A stretch of 64,000 nt of DNA from Minutocellus sp. GHC0000111 (lineage: Eukaryota), in assembly GCA_977018835.1 (NCBI GenBank), contig OZ361260.1, positions 4,154,001-4,218,000 of the forward strand. The letters are read 5' to 3'. A program made the position numbers and the translations under genes. Each line of letters begins with the position of its first letter. Position 1 is the stretch's first letter. Positions 37,317 to 47,481 of this stretch are shown in pieces. Below the pieces are notes generated by a model. That model was not told where the DNA came from and searched no databases. It saw only the letters and a list, made by a program, of their open reading frames with translations.

Positions 37317-38034
37317 TGTAGGGTACGTAAGAGGAAAGAAATGAAGATGAATATCGAATGTAGATGTGCAATTTCATGTACACGTAGTCTACCGGTACAT
37401 ATAGCTCTAGCTAGCTACGTAGCTAGATCATCTCCAAACCAACAAAGATGCCACCGTTGGGTACTCTACAGTGTACCGGTAGATCTTGTTAGATCCATCC
37501 ACGTTACCGTCGTAGTAAGTACCGGTACATGTATACAGGTTACATGTAGATCGATACTGCTGGTAACAGATCTTTGCGATCGTCGTTGACTGATTGATTA
37601 TCAATCCCACTTTTGCGCCGGCGGCGCGCGAACATCGGCGGCCGGCCGGCCTGCCAAGCAGCAGCAGCGGCGGCGGCAACCCGAAACCTGACCGGCGAGA
37701 GCCGTCACTCTCTTCCCAACACCTCTCATCACCCATGCATTGCGCGACGGGCATCCTCTACCTTGAAGTGACACAAATTCAATTGTCCTTGTCAGATGAT
37801 TTGCCGCCTGTTGCCAGATCGCTCGAGGGACCGAACCTTCACAACCAGCATTTCCGTTCTTCCTGCAAAAACTCGTTGACGCTTTGTCAATAAGCTTTCC
37901 TCTATGTTTGTGCTCGATCCCCGTTCTTCTGACGAAGATAAGGCCTTTGGTGGGTTGACTCAAATAGCCTTAACGAGAAAAAGAACAAGATCTGACAATT
38001 GGGCTCAATTCGTGCTAAATCCGCGGAATGAGCT

Positions 38035-38074
38035 ACGTCACCGAAGAATATTTGACGTCATATTTTGGTGACGT
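38035..38074. promoter_or_regulatory. Cluster of three TGACGT (bZIP/CRE-like) sites upstream of bHLH-PAS
   Basis: ACGTCA 38035-40, TGACGTCA 38053-60, TGACGT 38069-74. Confidence 0.55.
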
Positions 38075-38372
38075 GTTCCTTCAGTGCTTTCTTTTTTTCT
38101 GACGAGGAAAATTTTCCACCTCATCATTCAGCCTCTCGCCTTCTGCCCTCTATCTCTTTCTCAGCTCAAAAAACGAACACATACCCGCAAGCAACTCAAC
38201 TCAATTACCAATCAACACCCACAGAGCAATCAAAAGACCCATTCGAGGGAATAAATACGTTTATGGAGGACATCAAAGCAATGACCAAGGGAGATGGCAA
38301 GTCTGCCAACGCGGGGAGCGGAAAATCGACGAGGACGGCGACGTTCGGCAGGCGCAAAAGGCGGTAGCGACC

Positions 38373-41300
38373 ATGCAGTCGTCGTCTGCACCTACCTCCA
38401 CCGGGGCTGCAGACCCCACCACGGGCGGTGCCCGGGGCATCACCCGCAAGTTATCGAGCACGGCATCCATATCGACGGTGACGGGGGCCACGTCGACGGC
38501 GCCGGGCGGCACATCGACCGACACCGACTCAGCGGGGGCCGCCGGCGGTCGCAGGAGCCGCCGGAAACTCTCCAAGGACCTGCAGGAGGCCATGGCGGCC
38601 GCCGGTGGTGGTGGTACGAGCAGCAGCGGCGACGGAACCAGCGCCTCGGCGCCCAACAACACCAATGGCAACTCGGACGACTCCCTCGGCCTGCCCCTCA
38701 GCCTGAGCCTCGTCAAGGGCCTCCGGCGCAAGTCGTCCAGCATTGGCGTCGGATCGTCCAGCAGCGCCTCGGCCGGGGGGTCGGGCAGCAGCGGCAACAA
38801 TTCCGACAACTCCGCCCTCGTTAGCTTGGGCAACAACTCCTTCGGCTTCAACTTCGATTCCGAGGAGGGGATGATGGGCGGCGGGTCTTCCTCGGCTGGC
38901 AACGGTTCTCCGCCGGACGCCGACAAGTCCAGCTCGAGCGATTCCGATACCGGCGGCGGCGGCGGCAAGAACAACAAGAAGAAGACGGCCTCCGCCAAGA
39001 AGACCAAGATATCAACAGGCGAAGGGAAGGAGGCCGAAGTGACGGCATCCTCCAGCGCCGCCGGCTCCGTCTTGACGGGCGGGGCCGTCGCGGCACCGGC
39101 CAGGAGGGTCGAGGTATCGGGCAATCCCAGCACCGTCCCCTGCCAGGTTTCTACCAAGAGCGGAGGGAGCAAGAATAAGAACAAGAAGAAGAAGAAGAAG
39201 TCCAAGAGTGCCGCAGACGGAGCGGAGGGCGAGCGGCAGGAGATTGGTGGTAGCGCTGCCGGTGGTGGCGGGGATCGCCAGAGGGGACACATCAAGAAGC
39301 GCCGTATGGTCGACAGAGACCCCACCGACGTCGCCGAGGCCGATGCTCAGGCCGCGGCTGGCAACAAGGGCAAGAAGTCCAAGCAGGGGTCGCAGCCCAT
39401 GCCCCCCGAATCCAAACCCTCTTCGTCGTCTCTTGACTCCAACAGCCGGGAGGGCAGCGAGGATGGGTCCGGCTCTGGCAACGATTCCGGTACCAGCGGC
39501 AGTGGATCGTCCGGATCCGGATCGAACGGCAATGGCTCACGAAGCAGCTCCGGCAAGTCCACCGTGTCCAGCCTTACCATGAGCTCCAACCCCAACGATT
39601 CCAACGGCGGCTCTCCCAGCAGCGGCGATCAGGATCCCGCCGACGACAACGACAATATGAATCAGGACGATCCAGCCGTCGAGTCTGCCTTCAACCTCGC
39701 CGCAGCCACCACCGAGGAGGAAGCCGCCGCAGCGGCCGTGGCCCACCTTCAGAGCATCGCCAACGCCGTCGACAAGAAGGTTTCCAAGGAAAAGCAAAAG
39801 GCCGCCGAGGCATCCGCCGCCGCCGCTGCTGCCGCTGCCAAGACTGCCGCCGATGAGGCAGATGCCAAGGAGAAGGCCGCCCCGTCGACGTCCGAGTCTG
39901 CCGCTCGAGGTCAGAAGCGCAAGTCCGCCGATGATGACGACGATGACGATGACGCCGACGACGGCGATTCCGGTGGCTATAATAGCGACGACGAGGAGGG
40001 CATGACCTCCTCCCGGCACAAGGGTGCCTCTACCTCCTCGTCGGCGCAGACCAATGCAGCGAGTGGTACTGCTACTACCGGTGGTGCCAAGGTTTCTGCA
40101 GTCACTACCGGTCCCAAGGCCGCCAAGGCACCTACCAAGAGAGCGGCTCCCACCGATTCTACCATGCCCCCACCAGCAGCTCCTACCGTCATCCCTCCTT
40201 CTGCCACCGCCTCTTCGTCTATGGCAGCATCATCTACTCAAGTATCGTCGAGTACCGGAACTTCCGCCGCCGCTGCCGCCTCCTCCTCTGCTGTGGCATC
40301 CGCTCCCGGCACCGGCCCACCCAAGAAGAAGGCCAAGCTCACCAGCGCCGAGAGGCGGGAGGAGCGCAATCAGCGTGAGAAGGAGCGCAGTCTCCGAATC
40401 TCGTCCCAGATCAACGAGCTTCGCAACCTGCTCTCGAGCGGAGGCGTCATTGTACCAAAAGGTACCAAGAGTTCCGTCCTCAGCGAGGCTGCCAACTACA
40501 TCCGTATGCTTCAGCAGCACCAGTACACGAGCGAGATTGATCGAGCCCAGCTCATCCAGCAGATGCAGATCATCGGCGGTGGTGCCCTCGGTCCTCAGGC
40601 CGCCACAGCCGTCCGTCACGTTGCCGCCCAGAATGGAGTATGGTCTCTAGGAAACTTCGGTGGCGTTCCGCCCCGCTCGGCCATGCAGCTGGTAGGCCAG
40701 CCGTCTGTGAGCTCTGCAGCATCGGCGGCTGCTGGATCGACGACAACGTCCGCTGCCGCCAGCCAGCCCACCCAGCAGAAGTCGGTTGCTTCCAACGAGC
40801 CCCAGCTCGTAACGACGATTGACGAGCATGACTACCGCTACGTGTTTAACTCATGTGCCGTTGGTATGGCCATCGCCTCAATGGGCGGCGCCTTCATCGA
40901 CTGTAACCAGCTCTTCTGCCAGCTGTCGCAGTATTCTAAACAGGAGGTATGCTCCATGACCATCTTCAACCTCACAAGTCGCCAAGATCTTCAGGTTGCG
41001 TTCGACCTCATCAGCAAGATGATATCCCCACCGGCTGACGGTAGTACTGGCAACCCTCCCTCTTGTATCCTCAGGGGCTCCATGAAGCACAGGAACGACC
41101 TCGGCCTGAGCATCTCCCTCATCAAGGGTTCCGATGGCATTGCCAAATGCTTCAGCGTGACGCTCATCAAGAATCCCGCCTCTCCTTGTGATCCGTCACG
41201 ACCGATCCCTGCCACTGCGGACTTCCTTCGTGTCGGTGATGGTCAGCCAGAGGAAGGGGACCAGAAGAAGCCGGCAGCAACTTCCACCACTACTAGCGGC

Positions 41301-41396
41301 AGTGGCAACAAGAAAAAGAAAAAGAAGAAAAAGGACGAGAAGACCCCAGCCGAGAAGGCGAAGAAGATGAATGCTCCAGCATACACGAGTGGCTGA
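38373..41396 (+). CDS. bHLH-PAS transcription factor (bHLH1/RITMO1-like family)
   Basis: RREERNQREKERSLRISSQINELRNLL..KSSVLSEAANYIRMLQ; PAS: YRYVFNSCAVGMAIASMGGAFIDCNQLFCQLSQYSKQEV. Confidence 0.9.
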   Translation: MQSSSAPTSTGAADPTTGGARGITRKLSSTASISTVTGATSTAPGGTSTDTDSAGAAGGRRSRRKLSKDLQEAMAAAGGGGTSSSGDGTSASAPNNTNGNSDDSLGLPLSLSLVKGLRRKSSSIGVGSSSSASAGGSGSSGNNSDNSALVSLGNNSFGFNFDSEEGMMGGGSSSAGNGSPPDADKSSSSDSDTGGGGGKNNKKKTASAKKTKISTGEGKEAEVTASSSAAGSVLTGGAVAAPARRVEVSGNPSTVPCQVSTKSGGSKNKNKKKKKKSKSAADGAEGERQEIGGSAAGGGGDRQRGHIKKRRMVDRDPTDVAEADAQAAAGNKGKKSKQGSQPMPPESKPSSSSLDSNSREGSEDGSGSGNDSGTSGSGSSGSGSNGNGSRSSSGKSTVSSLTMSSNPNDSNGGSPSSGDQDPADDNDNMNQDDPAVESAFNLAAATTEEEAAAAAVAHLQSIANAVDKKVSKEKQKAAEASAAAAAAAAKTAADEADAKEKAAPSTSESAARGQKRKSADDDDDDDDADDGDSGGYNSDDEEGMTSSRHKGASTSSSAQTNAASGTATTGGAKVSAVTTGPKAAKAPTKRAAPTDSTMPPPAAPTVIPPSATASSSMAASSTQVSSSTGTSAAAAASSSAVASAPGTGPPKKKAKLTSAERREERNQREKERSLRISSQINELRNLLSSGGVIVPKGTKSSVLSEAANYIRMLQQHQYTSEIDRAQLIQQMQIIGGGALGPQAATAVRHVAAQNGVWSLGNFGGVPPRSAMQLVGQPSVSSAASAAAGSTTTSAAASQPTQQKSVASNEPQLVTTIDEHDYRYVFNSCAVGMAIASMGGAFIDCNQLFCQLSQYSKQEVCSMTIFNLTSRQDLQVAFDLISKMISPPADGSTGNPPSCILRGSMKHRNDLGLSISLIKGSDGIAKCFSVTLIKNPASPCDPSRPIPATADFLRVGDGQPEEGDQKKPAATSTTTSGSGNKKKKKKKKDEKTPAEKAKKMNAPAYTSG

Positions 41397-41827
41397 TGAG
41401 AGACACTTACTGTACAGTGTATTTTGTTACAGAAGCTTCACCTTTGAGTACGGGTACAGCAGGCCCGTGCTTCTGACGAAGTTTTGCATGTTAGCTACTC
41501 ATAGAAAATATATTTTAACAAACTAAGTTAGATGTCGATTCTTAAAGGATCGAGTATCGTAATTGTTGAAGTACCACAATAATATAGAGATGCATCTCAG
41601 AATTGTCACCCCACGGCCATCATGTTTTACCAACCACGTAGCTAGTAACTGGGAAGCCTGGCGCTGTTTCCGATCCAAAATACCAATGACATAACAAAAT
41701 AAATAAAGATGGCGCAAAAAATGCAGGTGTACTGCACCGCCAACAATTATTAATAACAAAACAACAGGGGAGAAGCAAAAACTGGGCGGGAAGATGTCAA
41801 AGTAGAAAAAGAATTGCGATTCGCTTT

Positions 41828-42684
41828 CTACTTCTTGAGACCATTGAGCTTAAGCTCGACATCGTTCAACCCAGAGTTTCCCCAGTCATTCCAACCAACT
41901 CCCTTGACTGTCGTGTACGCCATCGTCGCCGGGAGGAGGGAGGACGCGAACCAAGTGGAGGCGACGGCAGGACCGGCAAACTTGGCAACAGCAGGAGCCA
42001 CGTATGGCTCGAACCAGGCGGTATTGCTGCCCACGTAAGAGCAGTAAGTGCCTTCTTTGAATTCCTGCATGCGCTTGCCTTCGTGAAGGGGATTGAAGGC
42101 AGCATCTCCGGCCACATACAAGGTCACATCGGAGAAGATGAAGAGGAAGGTATGAGCGACGAAGGCGGCGGGAGTTTTGGCAAAGCAAATCTCCTTATTG
42201 AGCGCCTTCCGGAAGAGAGCCTGCGACGCATGATCGGTCAGAGCGAGACAGCCAGCGACGCCAACAATGTGCTGGGTACGAGTTCCCCAGAACTCTTCTC
42301 CTACTTCACGGCCGAGAAAACGATTAAAATAGCCGTAGTCCATCTGCTGGGTAGGGTGCTGTAGGCGTGAATGTTTGGAGATGAAGGCGTTAGTGATATG
42401 AGTCGAGTCGACTTTTCAACGATGGTTTCGCATACGGCTCTAGCTCCAGCCAGGTGCACTCGATGGCATTGCTCGATTCTTCCAATAATCACTCGATTGG
42501 ATTAGAGCTCGCCATCATGTTCACATAAATAGATATTGACCGGACCAAGAGCATCCCTCGCGCTGTGCTCGGCGCGATCTTGTCTCACCTGAATAAAATT
42601 GGAGAGGAAATCCGAGAGACAATACGTGCCAAAGGTGACACCTACGGCCTTGGCCAGGGTCGGGGCTGTGGCGGAGAGGGACAT
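41828..42684 (-). CDS. Hypothetical protein with hydrophobic segments; intron 42588-42359
   Basis: Splicing gives continuous SNFIQ-HPTQQMDYG; codon usage resembles other genes in the window. Confidence 0.75.
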
Positions 42685-43254
42685 GGTTCTTGCTTTATTG
42701 TTGATCGGTTCGGCTTTTAGTTTTTTGGATGAGGAGCGGGGCAAAGATTTTGGATCTTTTTGGATCCACCGTTCGTGTCGCACTTTCGTTTGGTGTCTTG
42801 TCAAACTTCTCGGAAGTTGTGGAGGATGACTTATTCCCCAATACGAGATTCGGGGAGAGGGTATAGAAACACTCCAGTCGAACAAGTCCAAGACTTTTTG
42901 AGCAAAAAGATCGCTGGATGATCTCAACGCTCGATACCCGAAACGACGTGTATCGAGCGGGAAGGTCGTGATGGTAATCGATCGAGAGGGGGTTTAGTAT
43001 GAGGCTGAACTGCGCTTTTGCGTTGTTGTCATGGTGATACCCAAGCCCACCATGATTAGCAGCAGTGTGGTTGGCAGTGGCATATCAATAATTGTCAGAC
43101 CGCCAAAACTTACAAAAAGAGGATCGTCCTTGGCAAAGAACAATCCATTGGGACCATCATCGAATCTTTGGATCGATCAGGTGGTGAGCACACACAAGAA
43201 TTGGCAACCAAGAGTGATAACGACGGGCCCAAACTCGATCAAACATCAGCCAAC

Positions 43255-45807
43255 ATGACGGGGTCGGCCACCAATATTATCGCAGTTGCTCGGGCTACGA
43301 TGCCGAGGCCGGTCTCTCTGGCGCAAGCATTTGGCGCCGAGGAACCATCCTCGATCGCCGTCGATTCTCTGCATCAGCAGCCAAAGGAAGAACAAGCATA
43401 CATTGTCGTCGAAGAAAATACAAAGCAGCCCTGGTATCATTGCATGCTTCCTGATTGTACTGGCACATCTGCTCCCGAGGATATTGTAGAAAACGAATTG
43501 CTCACGGCAGAGGAGACAGAACGTCGTCAGGAGGAAGAGCAGGACACTGGCAATTCATCTCCTATGGGTGGCGGAGAACCTACCACCTCCGTCTTTAGAA
43601 CCTCCGCGCCAGATGATGAAGTTCGGGATGCGTCTCTGGCTGATAATGAGGAAAGAGATTCTGATGGCACTGATTACAACGATGCTTCTAATGCGCTATC
43701 ACCAACTGCCGCAGTCAACGCCGCTGTTTCCGCAACGAATGCACCGAATCAAAGGCAGCACCGTCGCATCCAGAGTGACGTCGGTTCGCCGACAACTCCC
43801 ATTGAGGGACTTCCAGACACCTTCTTCTCTACAGGCAGCTTCGAATCCATTTCGGGTCTTTCCCTCGCTTCGTACGGCACCACAGCATCCGCCATGCTGG
43901 GCGGTCTCGACTACGATGAAAACGACGAGAAGGTCATTAGCACCATAATGGACGACAAGGATGACGAGAGTGTCGTCAGTTCCATCGATGGAGACGAAGA
44001 CCCTGCCGATCCTTGTCGTCCACCTTCTGCGGTGGAGCAATCTCAACCCGTCCCCCCGGCGCCGACGTCCATCGCCGCTGAGATTGAAAGCCGAAGGCAG
44101 CAGAACCTACAAGTTCCGATTATCCACGTCACCTCTCACTCTATCGACGATGGCGACCACGCCTCCATTGGTACTCGCAGCACCAAGGCTTCATCGCACA
44201 GGCACGACGATGATTACTCGGTCATATCTGAGGATGCATCAATGGCCTCTGCCATGCGCCGCAATCGGGAGCTTGACGCCGTCCCTCTGAAGAAGATCAA
44301 ACACATGTTTATGGAGGGACGTATGACTGAGGACGAGCGCAAGCATATGTTGGAGCTGCGTTCGGCCATCAAGTCCTTTGGCCGTCACGATCTCAACGTT
44401 GCTCATACCCTCGTTACTGCCGGTGACTACTATACCGAGGCATCGGATTACGATCGTGCCCTCAGCCTGCACAGAGAGGCTTTAACCATCTACAGCACCA
44501 AGCTTGGTGATCACGACCCTCGTTCGGTCGACTGCAAGGTACGCATCGCTCGCGTCCAGCTCAAGCAGGGCAAGGTCGACGAAGCGTTGGGAACTTTCTG
44601 CCAGTCGATGCACATGAGAGAAGCCCTCATGGGCGAGGAACATCCGTCCGTCGGCGAGGTTCGTATGCACGTTGCCGAGATCCAGCGAGGCAAGGGTCAT
44701 GCCAAAGAGGCAGCGAGGGAGGTAAAGAAGGCCCTTCGTGGATACCGAGAGGCATACGGCGACGACCACCCCAGGGTTGCTGATGCAGTGGAAAGTATTG
44801 CCGAGCTATACACCGACATGGGTGAACACGAGAAGGCCAACCTCATCTATTCTGAGATGGTGAAGCTCCGTGCTGCAATCGATGGACATGAATCAGTGTC
44901 TGTATCCAAGGCCTTGCTCAAATGGAGTTGGTCATTCGAGGCCCTGGGCAACTCCAGCCGAGCCCTCAAGCTAATGAAGCAGGCCTATGCTGCACTTGTA
45001 AAGCAAGAGGGTCTTGCTGGAGCTACGACAGCCGAAGCTCTCGAAGGTGTTGGCCAGATCTACGCCACCATTGGGAGGAAAGATAAGGCCATCAAGGCCT
45101 ACACCCGAGTTCTCAACATTCGTCGCCAGACTCTCGGTGAGAACGATCCGTTGACGGCATCTACTTTCGTCACCATCGGAAGGACCCTCAAGGAAGTAAA
45201 CCAACCAGAAAAATCCCTCAAGTGTATGAAACGAGCCATGTCCATCTACACGCACTACGACAAGACGAGGAAGACCAACGAGAAGACCAACGAGGACATC
45301 GTTGCGATTGCAGACTCCCTCCACCAGGTCGGACTTACCTTCGAAGACCACGGCGATAATTCCCTGGCCCTCAAGGCCTTTAGCAAAGAGATGTCCCTAC
45401 GCAAGGCAGCTCACTACGTTGATAGGCGGCGCATCGCACGAGTACTGAACGCAGTCGGCGTCATTCAGTGCAAACGAGGCAAGTTCAAGAACGCCATGGA
45501 GTTCTTCACCGAGGCTCTTGTCAACATGGACACTACCGGTGGTCGCAACGCTACGTTTGCCGCTACCCTCTTCAACGTTGGTCTTGCCCTCGAGAAAACG
45601 GGCGAAACGCAGAAGGCCTTCCAAACCTACGCCGAGACCCTCATGATGTACAAGGCTGAAGGCTTAACCGAAGACAATCCAATGGTGAGCAAGGTAATCA
45701 ACAAGATCAAGAAAAATCCATCAATACAGATTGAGGTCCCAGTTGCCATCAACGGGAAGTTACCATGCTCACTTCTAGACGGCGACGGTCAACAATTTGA
45801 GTGCTAG
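43255..45807 (+). CDS. TPR-repeat protein (kinesin light chain/nephrocystin-3-like repeats)
   Basis: Repeated LG.DHP..A and ALxxY motifs over the C-terminal ~450 aa. Confidence 0.85.
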   Translation: MTGSATNIIAVARATMPRPVSLAQAFGAEEPSSIAVDSLHQQPKEEQAYIVVEENTKQPWYHCMLPDCTGTSAPEDIVENELLTAEETERRQEEEQDTGNSSPMGGGEPTTSVFRTSAPDDEVRDASLADNEERDSDGTDYNDASNALSPTAAVNAAVSATNAPNQRQHRRIQSDVGSPTTPIEGLPDTFFSTGSFESISGLSLASYGTTASAMLGGLDYDENDEKVISTIMDDKDDESVVSSIDGDEDPADPCRPPSAVEQSQPVPPAPTSIAAEIESRRQQNLQVPIIHVTSHSIDDGDHASIGTRSTKASSHRHDDDYSVISEDASMASAMRRNRELDAVPLKKIKHMFMEGRMTEDERKHMLELRSAIKSFGRHDLNVAHTLVTAGDYYTEASDYDRALSLHREALTIYSTKLGDHDPRSVDCKVRIARVQLKQGKVDEALGTFCQSMHMREALMGEEHPSVGEVRMHVAEIQRGKGHAKEAAREVKKALRGYREAYGDDHPRVADAVESIAELYTDMGEHEKANLIYSEMVKLRAAIDGHESVSVSKALLKWSWSFEALGNSSRALKLMKQAYAALVKQEGLAGATTAEALEGVGQIYATIGRKDKAIKAYTRVLNIRRQTLGENDPLTASTFVTIGRTLKEVNQPEKSLKCMKRAMSIYTHYDKTRKTNEKTNEDIVAIADSLHQVGLTFEDHGDNSLALKAFSKEMSLRKAAHYVDRRRIARVLNAVGVIQCKRGKFKNAMEFFTEALVNMDTTGGRNATFAATLFNVGLALEKTGETQKAFQTYAETLMMYKAEGLTEDNPMVSKVINKIKKNPSIQIEVPVAINGKLPCSLLDGDGQQFEC

Positions 45808-46340
45808 CTAGACTTTCACACAAACGTCAGTCTATAACAACTTTCGTCTACCGTGGTACTCGAATGATCGTACCAGGGGCAGATTTTGGGTCCAATACAT
45901 ATTTCAATGTCGTAAACGTAGACCAGTTTTTTTTCAATAATAGACTAGATCTATTTACTAGTACTCAAAGTTTATGTCATTTCCAGATGAGATCTAGAAA
46001 TAGTGAAGCGCAAATGTTTGAGCACGATCGTCCAGGAATCAATCGAATTCCTCCTCTCACACTGCACTTCGATCTACCGTCCGGTAACCGCCCAACTCTC
46101 ATTACTGGCACACATGGGTATGCTACAATTGATCACCGTATGCTTCCATTAAAACAAGTCTGCGCTGTTTCGATGGTGCCCTTGTGGTCTTCCTGTGTGC
46201 ACCACAATGAAACATGCAAAGTTTAGCTACATATACGCAGCGGCATGCATGCTTAGATGACCTCAGGTTGAGAGAACAAAGTAGATCTAGGTGGTGGGTT
46301 TTGGATTCTTTTTCAATTTTTTTACGTATTCATATATAGC

Positions 46341-46787
46341 TTACTCCTCGTCGTGGAAGACAGAGCCAGCGATACGATCAAGATCCTGCTGTCCGACACG
46401 GGTCATTCGTCGGCCACCGTTCTCGCACTGCTCAACAACCTTCATCTCCTGGAGCTGGATGAGGACCGATCGGATAACACCGGCGTTGGCCTTCTTGAAG
46501 TGCTCGGTGCGGACACCGCGCTTGTCGGTGCCACCGTACCACTTGCGGAGCTGACCTACGCCAAGTCCCGGGCGGAGGTAGACCTTGCGGGCGATGGAAG
46601 CGACACGGATGTAGTACCAGTCATCGCCGTAGGGGGCGAGCTCCTTGTGGCAGGCGGTCTTGACGAGGTCGGCCCAGACGGGGAGCTCGAACTTGTCGGA
46701 GTTCTTGAGGTGCTCAGCGTAGGCGGCGATGAAGTCGCGAGCGGCAACGTCACGGACGCAGATTCCACGGGGTTCGTCTTCAGCCAT
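46341..46787 (-). CDS. RPS19: 40S ribosomal protein S19 (eS19)
   Basis: VRDV..DFI.AYA.HLK, PVWADLVKT..KELAP..DWYYIR.ASIARKVY, GQQDLDRIA. Confidence 0.97.
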   Translation of the reverse strand: MAEDEPRGICVRDVAARDFIAAYAEHLKNSDKFELPVWADLVKTACHKELAPYGDDWYYIRVASIARKVYLRPGLGVGQLRKWYGGTDKRGVRTEHFKKANAGVIRSVLIQLQEMKVVEQCENGGRRMTRVGQQDLDRIAGSVFHDEE

Positions 46788-46815
46788 TTTGAATAATTAT
46801 ATACAAAAAGAGGGA

Positions 46816-47236
46816 CTGTTGGATTATGTGTAGGCAGGAGGGGGTGGAGGGGATGGGTGAGATACATGCTTTCGTGATATGACATTCCGTCGTGCCGGCG
46901 ATGCAAAGCCGCTCGATGCAGCCCAGACGTCCAAGCCCGACAGTATCCACTGAATTCCCAGCCAAAAACCTGCACTGTATCAGTAAGGTCCCCAGGTGGA
47001 CGACGCCGCCATCATCATCTCCGAGGGGACCAGCACCAGGACGCCGGAGAGGATTGGGGGCTCGATCGAGAGTTCCCGAGTTCCCCGCCCGACTTCGTGC
47101 CAGTCCGCGCTCGAACCGACAACGACCAAACGCACACAACAAAACGACGGGGAACACACAAAATATGCTATCCCTGGTTGTGGCGCGTCGTCCGGTATGG
47201 CTAGGCTACATCCGTCAACGCCAAGTTGGGGCTTAC
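46816..47236 (-). other. Probable 5'-UTR intron of RPS19 (421 nt)
   Basis: GAAG|GTAAG donor after a pyrimidine-rich CTCTCTTT leader; CCAACAG acceptor 28 nt before the ATG. Confidence 0.6.
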
Positions 47237-47481
47237 CTTCACAAAGAGAGTGGGCCAAGACGAGGGAGGTTCAATGGGTTATTATGCAGATACCACTCAC
47301 GATAATAAAAATTCGCAAAAGTTTCGACAAACACATTTTTCAGGAGTGCCAAAAAAGTAGGAGCGAAAAGAAGTAAGTTAGAGAACCTCTATCATCAACT
47401 CGGGGTAAATCACAGGAATAAAATTCGCTCGGCTCAATCGTTCGGCGGTTCGGCTCAATGGTTCGGCTCCATGTGCATGAT

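Noticed and set aside
47428..47470. Short TTCGGCTCAAT repeats as a CRISPR-like array
   Set aside because: Only 3-4 degenerate ~12-bp units, no spacers, eukaryotic promoter context
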